Shown here: positions 1 through 9,098 of the stretch, one piece after another | Numbering within the stretch: the first letter of the stretch is position 1 | How the letters are laid out: each line of letters opens with the position of its first letter | DNA from: Bacillota bacterium | GTDB lineage: Bacteria > Bacillota_I > Bacilli_A > RFN20 > CAG-826 | Length of the DNA: 64,000 bases | Direction of reading: 5' to 3' | Assembly (NCBI GenBank): GCA_039799785.1 | Contig: JBDLRZ010000013.1 | Coordinates: 6,072-70,071 of the forward strand | Made by a program: the position numbers and the translations under genes | The notes under the pieces: generated by a model | The model's input: only the letters and a program-made list of their open reading frames with translations | Told to the model about the DNA's origin: nothing | Databases searched by the model: none

Positions 1-904
1 CAACAAAAATCACAATGGCTGTGGTGATCGTAGAAATGAGCGTAACAGAAGGATAAAAGAACGCTTGTGTTTTTGCAGTTTTCCAAGCTTTATCACGAAT
101 GTCTGTCACAATATCATTTGCTTCCTTTTGAACGTTATTTTCGATAGAAAGTGTTTTAATCGTTTTAGCACCAGCAATAACTTCAGCAAGCCATGCCACA
201 TATTTTGAAAATGCATTTCTCGCCGTTCTAGAAAGATTTAGAATTCTAAATTGGAAGTAAGGTGCGATAAAGATCATAATCGGAACGGTAGCCAATAAGA
301 CAAGCGACATTTGCCACGAAATAATAAACATTGTGATAAGGATGAAGATTAGTTCAAATGTAATCCATACGAAGCGAGTTATACCCCAAGAAATCATGTC
401 TGAAATTTTACTTGTATCGGATTGCAGACGCGCAATCAACCAACCTGACGATGTTTTATCAAAATATGAGAATGAGAGCTTTTGAACCTGAGCAAATGCA
501 TCTTCTCGAATATGAATATACACTGACATTTCTAAATAGTTTGTTGTAAAAAATAATAAATAAATCGCAACTGCTCGAATAAGTATTCCAATCACAATGA
601 GCGTAATATATTCAATGTAATTGAGTGAAAACTCAATTCCAAAAATGAGTGTTACATCAATCTGTAGATCCGTTAATAGATTACTTCCAATGGAACCTTG
701 ATTTTCTAAACTTGTTAAGGCGCGAATGATGCCCCGATTCAATAAAGGGATAAAACTACCGTCATGGAAGGTAATCAGAATCATCAAAAAAAACATAATT
801 AAAAGTAGGCCATAACGTTTGAGTGCGTATTTAGCAATTTTTCCCCAACTGGAAAAATTTAACTTTTTAGATAATGCTTCTTCTTCGAATGAAAAACTCG
901 CCAT
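1..904 (-). CDS. ABC exporter subunit (fused permease-ATPase type), N-terminal membrane domain only; runs off the left edge
   Basis: Reverse translation from the ATG at 904-902 reads MASFSFEEEALSKKLNFSSWGKIAKYALKRYGLLLIMFF... followed by several hydrophobic helices. It starts 2 nt after the stop of the upstream paralogue, the usual layout of heterodimeric ABC exporters. Confidence 0.7.
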   Translation of the reverse strand, partial: MASFSFEEEALSKKLNFSSWGKIAKYALKRYGLLLIMFFLMILITFHDGSFIPLLNRGIIRALTSLENQGSIGSNLLTDLQIDVTLIFGIEFSLNYIEYITLIVIGILIRAVAIYLLFFTTNYLEMSVYIHIREDAFAQVQKLSFSYFDKTSSGWLIARLQSDTSKISDMISWGITRFVWITFELIFILITMFIISWQMSLVLLATVPIMIFIAPYFQFRILNLSRTARNAFSKYVAWLAEVIAGAKTIKTLSIENNVQKEANDIVTDIRDKAWKTAKTQAFFYPSVTLISTITTAIVIFV

Positions 905-906
905 CG

Positions 907-2679
907 TTATACCATCCTCGTTTGAATTTCAAAAATTCGTTTATATAAACCTTCACGTTTGATCAATTCTTCATGCTTGCCGACTTCTGCAATCTTACCG
1001 TTATCTAAGACAATAATTTTGTCAGCATCCTTAGCTGTTGCTACGCGGTGAGTAATAATTAATGTTGTGGATTGTTCTTGTCGTTTCTTTAGGGCTGCTC
1101 GAATGTTCATATCGGTTTCGGTATCGACAGCAGATAATGAGTCATCAAACACTAAAATTGGGGCTTTGGAAATGATGGTTCTTGCAATCACGAGTCGTTG
1201 CTTTTGACCACCGGAAAGGGTCACACCTTTTTCACCAACACGTGTGTCATACCCATCCTTGAAATTAATAATGGATTTATGAATGTCTGCGATTTGGGCA
1301 GCTTTTTGGATATCCTCTGCTGTTGCATTACTATTGGCAATTTTCAAATTATTGATAATGGTTTTTGAAAATAAGAATGGTTCTTGAAGGACAGTGGCGA
1401 TTTGCCGACGAATATGTTCCTTCGCAATGGTTTTTAATTCATGGCCATCAATTTGAATGGAACCAGCCGTGTAATCATATAAACGGGTCAATAAGTGAGA
1501 AAGGGTAGATTTTCCCGATCCTGTTTTGCCCATAATGGCAACCGTTTCACCAGGTTTAATGGATAGAGTGAAATCTTTAATGACGACTTCATCGCTATCG
1601 TCATAATTAAACGACATATTTTTAAACTCAATGGCACCTTGAAGAGATGGCCGTTGACCCGATTCAATATCTTCAAGAGGCTGATTGAGAATTGTATTCA
1701 GTCGATCAATCGACGCCATCGCTTGAGCAAGGTTAGATAAAGTCATTGCCACATCGCGAACCGGCCAGACCACTTGTCCGACAAATTGAAGTGCAACGAC
1801 AAAGGTACCAACTGAAATATCACCACTTACGGCAAGGTAAACGCCAAAGGCAGAGGTCAATGCAATTTGTCCAAAAACTAAGATATCTGTGGACGAAAAA
1901 AAGAATGAACTCGTTAATCGCCATTTGATAAATTTTTTACGATAATCATTTAAATGGTCTTTAAAATCTTGTATTTCATAGGTTTCATTGTTAAATGCCT
2001 TCACCAAGCGAATACCAGAAAGTGTTTCTTCAATCTTTGCAGAGACTAAACCATCACTATCCTCTGTGACTTTAAAGAGCTTTCTGACGCGTTTAATTAA
2101 TGCAAATGCATATAAAAACATAAACGGTAAAACGATTGTGCTCGATAACGCAATTTGCCAAGAAACCGTAAGTAGAATTGAAAATGCAATCGTCGTTAAA
2201 AAAATCGTGTAAACAATTGAATTTACTTGTCTAACTAGAAAGTTTTTAACAATATCCAGATCACGCGTACATGTTTGAATTAAGTCACCACTTTTATTCT
2301 TTTTGATATATGCATACGGAAGGCGTTCAATGTGATAAAAAAGGTCAAGCTGAATTTCTCTGCCTAAGTTCACATCCATCAATCCACGAATGATTAATCG
2401 AGAAAAAAACATCAAAGACCGTGATAGACCTAAAAAGATGATGAAGATGGAGAGCAACCAAATGTTTTGTGAAATGTAAACCTGGCCACCTAATAATTGA
2501 GTTAAAAATGAATCAATCGGACCCGAAGGAGCAACACCTTGTAAAGTGTCGACTAAAATTTTGGTGGTAAAGTTTGCGAGTAGTAAAAAAGTTAAAGCAA
2601 AAAATAGAATGAAAAATGATAGTAAATAACGTTTTCGATAACCTTTTGTAAATCGATATAAAAGCTTTAAATACTTCAT
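907..2679 (-). CDS. ABC exporter subunit, fused transmembrane domain plus ATPase (multidrug/lipid exporter type)
   Basis: 590 aa. Six-helix N-terminal half, then Walker A GKTGSGKST, signature LSGGQKQR, Walker B ILVFDDSLSAVD and H-loop ITHR. Confidence 0.85.
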   Translation of the reverse strand: MKYLKLLYRFTKGYRKRYLLSFFILFFALTFLLLANFTTKILVDTLQGVAPSGPIDSFLTQLLGGQVYISQNIWLLSIFIIFLGLSRSLMFFSRLIIRGLMDVNLGREIQLDLFYHIERLPYAYIKKNKSGDLIQTCTRDLDIVKNFLVRQVNSIVYTIFLTTIAFSILLTVSWQIALSSTIVLPFMFLYAFALIKRVRKLFKVTEDSDGLVSAKIEETLSGIRLVKAFNNETYEIQDFKDHLNDYRKKFIKWRLTSSFFFSSTDILVFGQIALTSAFGVYLAVSGDISVGTFVVALQFVGQVVWPVRDVAMTLSNLAQAMASIDRLNTILNQPLEDIESGQRPSLQGAIEFKNMSFNYDDSDEVVIKDFTLSIKPGETVAIMGKTGSGKSTLSHLLTRLYDYTAGSIQIDGHELKTIAKEHIRRQIATVLQEPFLFSKTIINNLKIANSNATAEDIQKAAQIADIHKSIINFKDGYDTRVGEKGVTLSGGQKQRLVIARTIISKAPILVFDDSLSAVDTETDMNIRAALKKRQEQSTTLIITHRVATAKDADKIIVLDNGKIAEVGKHEELIKREGLYKRIFEIQTRMV

Positions 2680-2788
2680 GTTTTATAAACCGTATTTCAT
2701 TATACAACTTTCCGTTTTTTTGTGTTAAAAAGTGCCTAATTTAGCGTTAAAACCACTTAACTTCAGTTTCTTTAATCCTAGTTGACTA

Positions 2789-2797
2789 TGTTATAAT
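2789..2797 (+). promoter_or_regulatory. Extended -10 promoter element (TGtTATAAT) for the 2829 gene
   Basis: Perfect TGnTATAAT lies 31 nt upstream of the ATG at 2829, in the divergent intergenic region. No good -35 at 17 bp spacing. Confidence 0.4.
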
Positions 2798-2828
2798 TAC
2801 AACGGTCTTTATAGACATAATTGATTGT

Positions 2829-4163
2829 ATGAACACAAACCCCACCACACCTGAAACCACACCGATCAAAGCTTCATCCACCAAGAAGTATCGTATCAAT
2901 ATTTTTATCATATTCTTTGTAGCCATAGGCTTCACTGGATTCACTCTATTTACAGATGGAAATTTAGACGCTGTTATTCAAGCATTTTCAGAGGCTAATC
3001 TTTGGGTCATTGGCTTAATCTTGCTCGTCATGGCAATGAATATATTTTTTGAAGCCATTATTCTCTTTATTCTTGCTAGGCTTTATACCACACGTTATAA
3101 CCTAAGAAGAGCCTTAAATATTCATTTTATTGGTGCTTTTTTCTCCCATATTACGCCTTCCTCAAGTGGAGGACAATTTGCCCAAGCATATGCTTTAAAT
3201 AGACAAGGCATGGACATCGCGAATGCTGCTTCCATATTAGTGATGCATTTTCTGTTGTCGCAAATTGCCCAGGTCTTTTTTGGTGGTTTGGCGCTTATCT
3301 TTCGTTTTGAAAAATTCTTATCCATCACAGAAGCGGTTAATTTTGGTGAAATTAATATCCCCATCATCTACCTTTCTCTATTAGGTTTTATCATTAATTT
3401 TTTGGTGATCTTTTTCATCATCATTTTAGCGAAATCAAGATTTATACATCGTACGATTGTCAATAGTATTGTAGCTTTGTTAGGTAAGCTTAAATTAATA
3501 AAAAACGCTGAAGAAGTGAAAACGAATTTATCGGTTCAAATTGAAAACTTTAGAATTGAAAGTAAACGATTACAATCGAATACACCCGTGACAATGGTCC
3601 TTTTATTTCTTTTCTTCCTTAGATTAACGCTGACGTATTCCATTCCTTATCTTTCAGCTTTAGCGTTACCAACGATTGACTTGTCTCAAACCAATTTATT
3701 TGATGGTATTTTTATGACCGCATACCTTAATGTGATTATTTATTTTGCACCATTACCTGGATCGGTTGGCTTTTCAGAGTTCTTTTTTTCTTACTTATTT
3801 CAAAGCTTATTTGGTGGATATGCACAAACCATCGCTCCACAACTCATATGGCGAGGCGTTACATTCTATTTAACTTTAATTATTGGAGCGATTAGTGTGA
3901 TTGCCTTTAATATCGGTAATAAAGATGCGAAGCTTACTCAAAATACGCAAACCTTTGTCGAATTGCAAAAATCGACGATTGAAATTCGTAGACAAACTGC
4001 TGAAATGATGTTTTCAACTGGTGAAATGTCTTCTGTAAAAATTCGCAATCGGTTTTCAAAAATGGCAAGGGATTTCTTTGGATTTAAACCCAAAAAAGTC
4101 GACCGTTATGGAAATGTTATTCATACGGACGAAATTGAAAAGAAGAAGTTGAAAGACAAATAA
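2829..4163 (+). CDS. Flippase-like / lysylphosphatidylglycerol-synthase TM-region family (UPF0104) membrane protein
   Basis: 444 aa polytopic protein with the family-typical segment FIGAFFSHITPSSSGGQFAQAYAL. It lies directly upstream of a GT4 glycosyltransferase, a common pairing. Confidence 0.6.
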   Translation: MNTNPTTPETTPIKASSTKKYRINIFIIFFVAIGFTGFTLFTDGNLDAVIQAFSEANLWVIGLILLVMAMNIFFEAIILFILARLYTTRYNLRRALNIHFIGAFFSHITPSSSGGQFAQAYALNRQGMDIANAASILVMHFLLSQIAQVFFGGLALIFRFEKFLSITEAVNFGEINIPIIYLSLLGFIINFLVIFFIIILAKSRFIHRTIVNSIVALLGKLKLIKNAEEVKTNLSVQIENFRIESKRLQSNTPVTMVLLFLFFLRLTLTYSIPYLSALALPTIDLSQTNLFDGIFMTAYLNVIIYFAPLPGSVGFSEFFFSYLFQSLFGGYAQTIAPQLIWRGVTFYLTLIIGAISVIAFNIGNKDAKLTQNTQTFVELQKSTIEIRRQTAEMMFSTGEMSSVKIRNRFSKMARDFFGFKPKKVDRYGNVIHTDEIEKKKLKDK

Positions 4164-4165
4164 CA

Positions 4166-5329
4166 ATGAAAATTGCACTTTTCTCTGATACGTTTCCTCC
4201 CGAAATTAATGGTGTCTCCGTTAGTGTTGGTTTGCATCAAAAAGTTTTATCTAGTCAAGGTCATGACCTATTAGTGATTACCACCAATCCATTTGGTAAA
4301 GATACCAGCATTCAAACGGACATGATTCGCATTCCAGGTGTCGAATTAAAGAAACTCTACGGATATCGTATGTCCAGTTTTTTTAATGCCAAAGCATTTC
4401 AATATATAAGAAAATGGAAACCTGATGTGATCCATATTCATACCGATGCAGGCATCGGAATATTTGGAAAAATTTCTGCATTTTTTCTAAAAATCCCAAC
4501 CGTTGTTACCTATCACACGATGTATGAAGACTATACGCACTATGCAGGATTTTTGAAAGGTTTAGCTTCTAGAGTTGTCAAACAATTTTCACGTTCCATA
4601 GCAGAACAATGCACCGAATTTATTTCACCCTCTTTAAAAACAAAAGAAAAAATACGAAGTTATGGAGTCGATCGCTATATTAATATTGTTCCCACTGGTA
4701 TAGATTTTTCACGATTTGAACTAAAAAACCTTGATCAACAAAAAATCATGGAACTTCGACAAAAATGGACAAAGCCAGGTGAAAAAATTTTGTTATCCCT
4801 TGGAAGAGTTGCAAAAGAAAAAAGTATGGATGTCATTATTAAGGGATTTTCAAATTATCTCAAGAACCCTCATCCTCCAACAAAATTACTAATGGTAGGA
4901 GATGGCCCTGATCGTCGAGATCTTATTCAACTTGTTTCCGAACTTAAGTTAGAAAATGACGTTCAATTTGTTGGAGCTGTACCAATTCAAGACGTACCCT
5001 ACTATTATCAATTAGCGGATGTGTTTGTATCGGCGAGTCTAACCGAGACACAGGGTTTAACATTTATGGAAGCCATGGTATCCAAGCGCATCGTGTTATG
5101 CAGGTATGATGAAAACCTAGCCTCCTTAATTCGCCATCAGCAAACTGGTTTCATTTTTGGTGATGCTGATGATTTTACTCGCCAACTCAATTCTATTTTT
5201 AATTTAGATGATGCTAAACGTCAATTGATGTTGAAGGAAATTGAAGAGGCTGTAAAACCTTACGCCATGACGACTTTTTATCAAAATTTAATTGAGGTAT
5301 ATCATCGTGCCATACGGCAATACTGGTAA
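4166..5329 (+). CDS. GT4-family glycosyltransferase, probably a diacylglycerol glycosyltransferase (membrane glycolipid synthase)
   Basis: The N-terminus MKIALFSDTFPPEINGVSVSV and the C-terminal E-x7-E type region (TETQGLTFMEAM) are typical of GT4 glycolipid synthases. Substrate is inferred only. Confidence 0.65.
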   Translation: MKIALFSDTFPPEINGVSVSVGLHQKVLSSQGHDLLVITTNPFGKDTSIQTDMIRIPGVELKKLYGYRMSSFFNAKAFQYIRKWKPDVIHIHTDAGIGIFGKISAFFLKIPTVVTYHTMYEDYTHYAGFLKGLASRVVKQFSRSIAEQCTEFISPSLKTKEKIRSYGVDRYINIVPTGIDFSRFELKNLDQQKIMELRQKWTKPGEKILLSLGRVAKEKSMDVIIKGFSNYLKNPHPPTKLLMVGDGPDRRDLIQLVSELKLENDVQFVGAVPIQDVPYYYQLADVFVSASLTETQGLTFMEAMVSKRIVLCRYDENLASLIRHQQTGFIFGDADDFTRQLNSIFNLDDAKRQLMLKEIEEAVKPYAMTTFYQNLIEVYHRAIRQYW

Positions 5330-6107
5330 GATCATTGAGACGATTACAACGAAAAGAAAACAAATTATTATCGCTTTTCTTTCAGGTGAAAACCTAACAC
5401 TTTCAGTTGATCAATTTACGCAAGGCTATTATTACGTTGGTAAAGTTATCAGCCCAAAGGAATTTGAACAGATACATTCAGCAAGTCAAACTCAACCTTT
5501 TATTGAATATGGGTTTCGATTACTGTCAAAAGGTCGTTATACGGAATATCAAATTCGCGAAAAGTTATATAAGAAAAAAGCGATAAAACCACAAGTCGAA
5601 GAAGTCATTACTAGATTAAAGCAAGCCCATTTAATTGATGATCAAGCATTAATGAAAGATTGGGTTCATCATTTTCAACAAAAAGGTTATGGTGAACGCG
5701 CCATCAAAGAAAAACTCTTTGAGAAGAAATTTTCATCTTCTTTAATTCAAACCTTAGTTCTTGATCAAGATTTAGAAAAAGAAAAACTTGATGCTTTAAC
5801 CATTCATTTAAACCAAAAATATAATCGTTTAAGTCAACGTTTAAAAGTTGACACGATCAAAAGGCGTTTACTTGAAAGAGGTTACGAACTAAAGTTAATT
5901 ATGGTATCGATGTTAAAACTTCCTGAAGACGTTCCTGCATCTGAATTAAAGAATTTAGCAGATGATTTGAAAAAAGGTATGAGACTCTATGAAAGACGCT
6001 TTAGTGGATCCCAACTTCAAGAAAAACTAATTAACTTTCTACTAAGGAAGGGCTATAATTATTCCAATATCAAGCGATTATTAAAGGAGTCTCATCATGC
6101 CGATTAA
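5307..6107 (+). CDS. recX: RecX family regulatory protein
   Basis: Repeated helical modules with QKGYGERAIKEKL and ERGY/RKGY motifs. The ORF opens at TTG 5292. I prefer GTG 5307, which sits 10 nt after GAGG. The start is uncertain. Confidence 0.6.
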   Translation: MPYGNTGKIIETITTKRKQIIIAFLSGENLTLSVDQFTQGYYYVGKVISPKEFEQIHSASQTQPFIEYGFRLLSKGRYTEYQIREKLYKKKAIKPQVEEVITRLKQAHLIDDQALMKDWVHHFQQKGYGERAIKEKLFEKKFSSSLIQTLVLDQDLEKEKLDALTIHLNQKYNRLSQRLKVDTIKRRLLERGYELKLIMVSMLKLPEDVPASELKNLADDLKKGMRLYERRFSGSQLQEKLINFLLRKGYNYSNIKRLLKESHHAD

Positions 6108-7026
6108 AGACTTTAAAGATGGCCAAGCAATCAAGCAAGCCTTTTTAGTGAATGCATTAAGCAAAGGTCTTACTGCATCTGGGCAACCTTATTTGACCAT
6201 TACCCTTCAAGATAAAACTGGTCAAATCGAAGGCAAATTTTGGGATGTTAAACCCGAAATTGAATCTTTAATCGAAGTAGGATCCTTTTTACTATTGGAT
6301 GGCGATGTTTCAGCCTATCGTCAAATGTTACAAGTTCGTATTAATTCCGTACAAAGACTTAATCCTGATTCTATTCGTCTTGAAGAATTTACGATGTCTG
6401 CACCAGTGCCTCTTAAACAACTAGAAGAAGAACTTGCCTCCACGATAAAAAAAATTAAAGATCCTGATTATGCATTACTGACCAAAACACTTATTGATCA
6501 GCACTATGATGCCTTCATTACCTATCCAGCTGCAGTCAGAAACCATCATGAATACACCTCTGGTCTTCTTTATCACACGTTATCAATGATCAAAGTTGCA
6601 GAATCATTAATGCCCTTATATCCTAAACTAAACACCGCTTTAATTTATGCTGCGATTCTTTTACATGATTTAGGTAAAACAGTTGAATTTACCGGTGCAG
6701 TCATTCCAAAATACAGTACTGAAGGAAAATTAATTGGTCATCTTCAGTTTATGGCTAGTAAAATTTATGCTCTAGGCGAAACGTTAAAGATTGATCGAGA
6801 AAAAGTCATGCTTCTTCAACATATTGTGCTTGCTCATCATGGAAAACCCGAATTCGGTAGTGCGGTCACACCATTAACAAAAGAAGCGATGTTTGTTCAT
6901 ATGGTGGATGATTTTGATGCAAAAATGACAATGGTTGATAAAGCGCTTGAACCGACGGAACCAGGACAATTTACCAATCGTATATTTGCCTTGGACGATC
7001 GAAGTTTTTATAAAGCAAAAAAATAA
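6097..7026 (+). CDS. yhaM: 3'-5' exoribonuclease YhaM (OB-fold plus HD domain)
   Basis: N-terminal OB-fold region, then the HD domain signature LLHDLGK ... AHHG. AAGGAG RBS at 6084-6089. Overlaps the recX end by 11 nt. Confidence 0.8.
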   Translation: MPIKDFKDGQAIKQAFLVNALSKGLTASGQPYLTITLQDKTGQIEGKFWDVKPEIESLIEVGSFLLLDGDVSAYRQMLQVRINSVQRLNPDSIRLEEFTMSAPVPLKQLEEELASTIKKIKDPDYALLTKTLIDQHYDAFITYPAAVRNHHEYTSGLLYHTLSMIKVAESLMPLYPKLNTALIYAAILLHDLGKTVEFTGAVIPKYSTEGKLIGHLQFMASKIYALGETLKIDREKVMLLQHIVLAHHGKPEFGSAVTPLTKEAMFVHMVDDFDAKMTMVDKALEPTEPGQFTNRIFALDDRSFYKAKK

Positions 7027-7455
7027 TTATTTTAAGTTAATTCCGGATTTTAATTGATTTGCTAGAACAGGTAAATTGAGAAGGTTATGTTGATCATGTT
7101 TCAACATTTCAATTTTGAATCGATCATTTGCTTCGTACCTTGGAATAACGTGCACATGAAAATGTAAAACTGTTTGTCCTGCAGCTTGTAAAGCATTAGA
7201 AAGAATATTCACTCCCTTTGCATGTAGAACTTGAATTTGCGCTTGTCCAATTCGTTGCGCAACGTTCATGACAAGATTCATTTGTGCCTTTGGTGTATTT
7301 AAAAAATGATCGAAATGCGATTTTGGAAGAACAAGCGTATGCCCATTTGTTGTTTGATTAATATCTAAAAATGCAATAACGTCATTATCTTCATATACCT
7401 TATGGGCGGGAATCGTACCATTGATGATGTTACAGAAGAGACATTGCGTTGGCAT
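7027..7455 (-). CDS. HIT-family nucleotide hydrolase/transferase
   Basis: 142 aa with the histidine triad HFHVHVIPR. AGGAGG-type RBS (rc of gcctcctttt) upstream. Confidence 0.85.
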   Translation of the reverse strand: MPTQCLFCNIINGTIPAHKVYEDNDVIAFLDINQTTNGHTLVLPKSHFDHFLNTPKAQMNLVMNVAQRIGQAQIQVLHAKGVNILSNALQAAGQTVLHFHVHVIPRYEANDRFKIEMLKHDQHNLLNLPVLANQLKSGINLK

Positions 7456-7478
7456 ATACTGCCTCCTTTTAAATAAAA

Positions 7479-7503
7479 ATAAGGAGATTACTCTCCTTAT
7501 TTT
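7479..7503 (-). terminator. Rho-independent terminator after the 7527-9098 lipoprotein gene
   Basis: 9-bp stem ataaggaga/tctccttat with loop ttac. On the minus strand it is followed by tttttattt. Confidence 0.6.
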
Positions 7504-7526
7504 AACATGATTAATTTAGAACTAAT

Positions 7527-9098
7527 TTATGCTTGCGATTCTTCATCATAAAGCGTTGGGAAGCTTTCCTTGAAGAAATCATAAATCGTTTGATCGTGGA
7601 ATTTAAGGTCTGCTAATTGTAACCAGTGAAGATTACTCGCATTGATGCTGGCTTCACGCGCACCAAGAATCTTAGCAATTTCACTTGCAATCAATTCACG
7701 TTTTGCACCTTCATCGCTTTCAATCGCATCATAATTTGTTGTTGAAGTGGTAGAAGCATTCATTTTGGTTGTGTTAACCGCTTCTAAGATTTGAACGATG
7801 TAATAGGTTGTGCTATTCGCATCATAAAGTAAGAAGTTTCTCGCATCATTTTGTTGCGATGTTTGTGGAATTAAATAACTTACATCATTAATTTTACGTA
7901 AGAAATCGGATGTTTCTGGTGAGGCAACATTATCGGATTCATCATCAATACGATCGATTGCATTGGCAACACCAATATTGAAGACTCGGTCACGAATGGT
8001 TGCAGGTAATGAGCCTAAGCCACCATTTTTAATGTGCCATCCATCGGTTGTAAAATCACGTTCAATTAATTCATTTCGCTTAATCGCTAAACCAGTTTCA
8101 GGTGTGTATTGACCGTTTCCTGTGAATTCACTTTCAATCGTTTTATTGGTTAAAAGGGCATTTTCTGGAACAATTTGATTATAACGATCTAAAATTTCAC
8201 CGTAGAGGTTTCTGAAGGTTCCTTCTCCAACAAGTCCAGCTGCATCTAATAATTCATATTCTGCAGATCCAGTTTCAAACACATAATTACGACCTTCAGC
8301 ACCAGCGCTAGTATCAACACCACGCCATGCACGAGCTAGTAATTCTAAATCTGCAACGGTATTAACGTTTTCGTTGAGGATATATTCATCGATAAAGGTG
8401 TCCATTAAATATTTGACAGCTTCAGGGTATTCACTTGAAACTTTTAATGCGACATAGTTAACCTTACGAGCATAACTTCTTCCTAAAGAGGAATAATCTT
8501 CTTGAATAAGGTATTCTTCTGCTAATAATTCGCGGTAAACCTTAGGAAGTAAGTTTTCATTGATAAAGTTTTGATAGTATTCAATATGGATGGCTTCTTC
8601 AAGGACTTCACCAGAGAGAATAGCTTCCGTATTTCTTGCTGGGAAAATATAGTCCGTGACCCAAGGGTCATTCGCTTCTCTTGTTAAAGGATAAAGTTGT
8701 TTTTCAATTGAGAAGGCAAAGCGTTCTTCCGAGAATAAGTTTCTTGTTTCATATTGACCCGAGGCAACAAGGTTATACATTTTTTCATTGATACGACGTT
8801 GAATTTTTTCAACGACCGCTTGATCATCAGCGTCGGTCGAGGTTAATAAATCGCTATAAGCACCAATACGATCTTCGGCAATTAAATACATCACATCTTC
8901 TAAAGTGCGTTGGGTTAAATTGCCACCGTCACGAAGTGCATCATACACAACCGAATTAACATTCTTTTCTAACTCAGTCACTAAGCCATTAAGAATATTA
9001 CCTTCATTATCAGTGGGTGAAACTGTAATGTCAGCACAACCGACTAAAAAGACTGCGGTTAAAGCAATCGCAGTAAATCTAACCTTATTGTTGAACAT
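7527..9098 (-). CDS. Lipoprotein, distant PrsA/SurA-like (degenerate parvulin-like segment); function unknown
   Basis: Start moved to the ATG at 9098 (MFNNKVRFTAIALTAVFLVGC, lipobox LVGC) with AAGGAGG upstream. The segment NGGLGSLPATIRDRVF ... TYYIVQILE resembles a decayed parvulin core. Confidence 0.5.
   Translation of the reverse strand: MFNNKVRFTAIALTAVFLVGCADITVSPTDNEGNILNGLVTELEKNVNSVVYDALRDGGNLTQRTLEDVMYLIAEDRIGAYSDLLTSTDADDQAVVEKIQRRINEKMYNLVASGQYETRNLFSEERFAFSIEKQLYPLTREANDPWVTDYIFPARNTEAILSGEVLEEAIHIEYYQNFINENLLPKVYRELLAEEYLIQEDYSSLGRSYARKVNYVALKVSSEYPEAVKYLMDTFIDEYILNENVNTVADLELLARAWRGVDTSAGAEGRNYVFETGSAEYELLDAAGLVGEGTFRNLYGEILDRYNQIVPENALLTNKTIESEFTGNGQYTPETGLAIKRNELIERDFTTDGWHIKNGGLGSLPATIRDRVFNIGVANAIDRIDDESDNVASPETSDFLRKINDVSYLIPQTSQQNDARNFLLYDANSTTYYIVQILEAVNTTKMNASTTSTTNYDAIESDEGAKRELIASEIAKILGAREASINASNLHWLQLADLKFHDQTIYDFFKESFPTLYDEESQA

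Noticed and set aside
2782-2797. TTGACT close to TATAAT, which at first looks like a perfect promoter
   Set aside because: The hexamers are only 4 nt apart, so they cannot be a -35/-10 pair. I kept only the extended -10 reading (TGtTATAAT).
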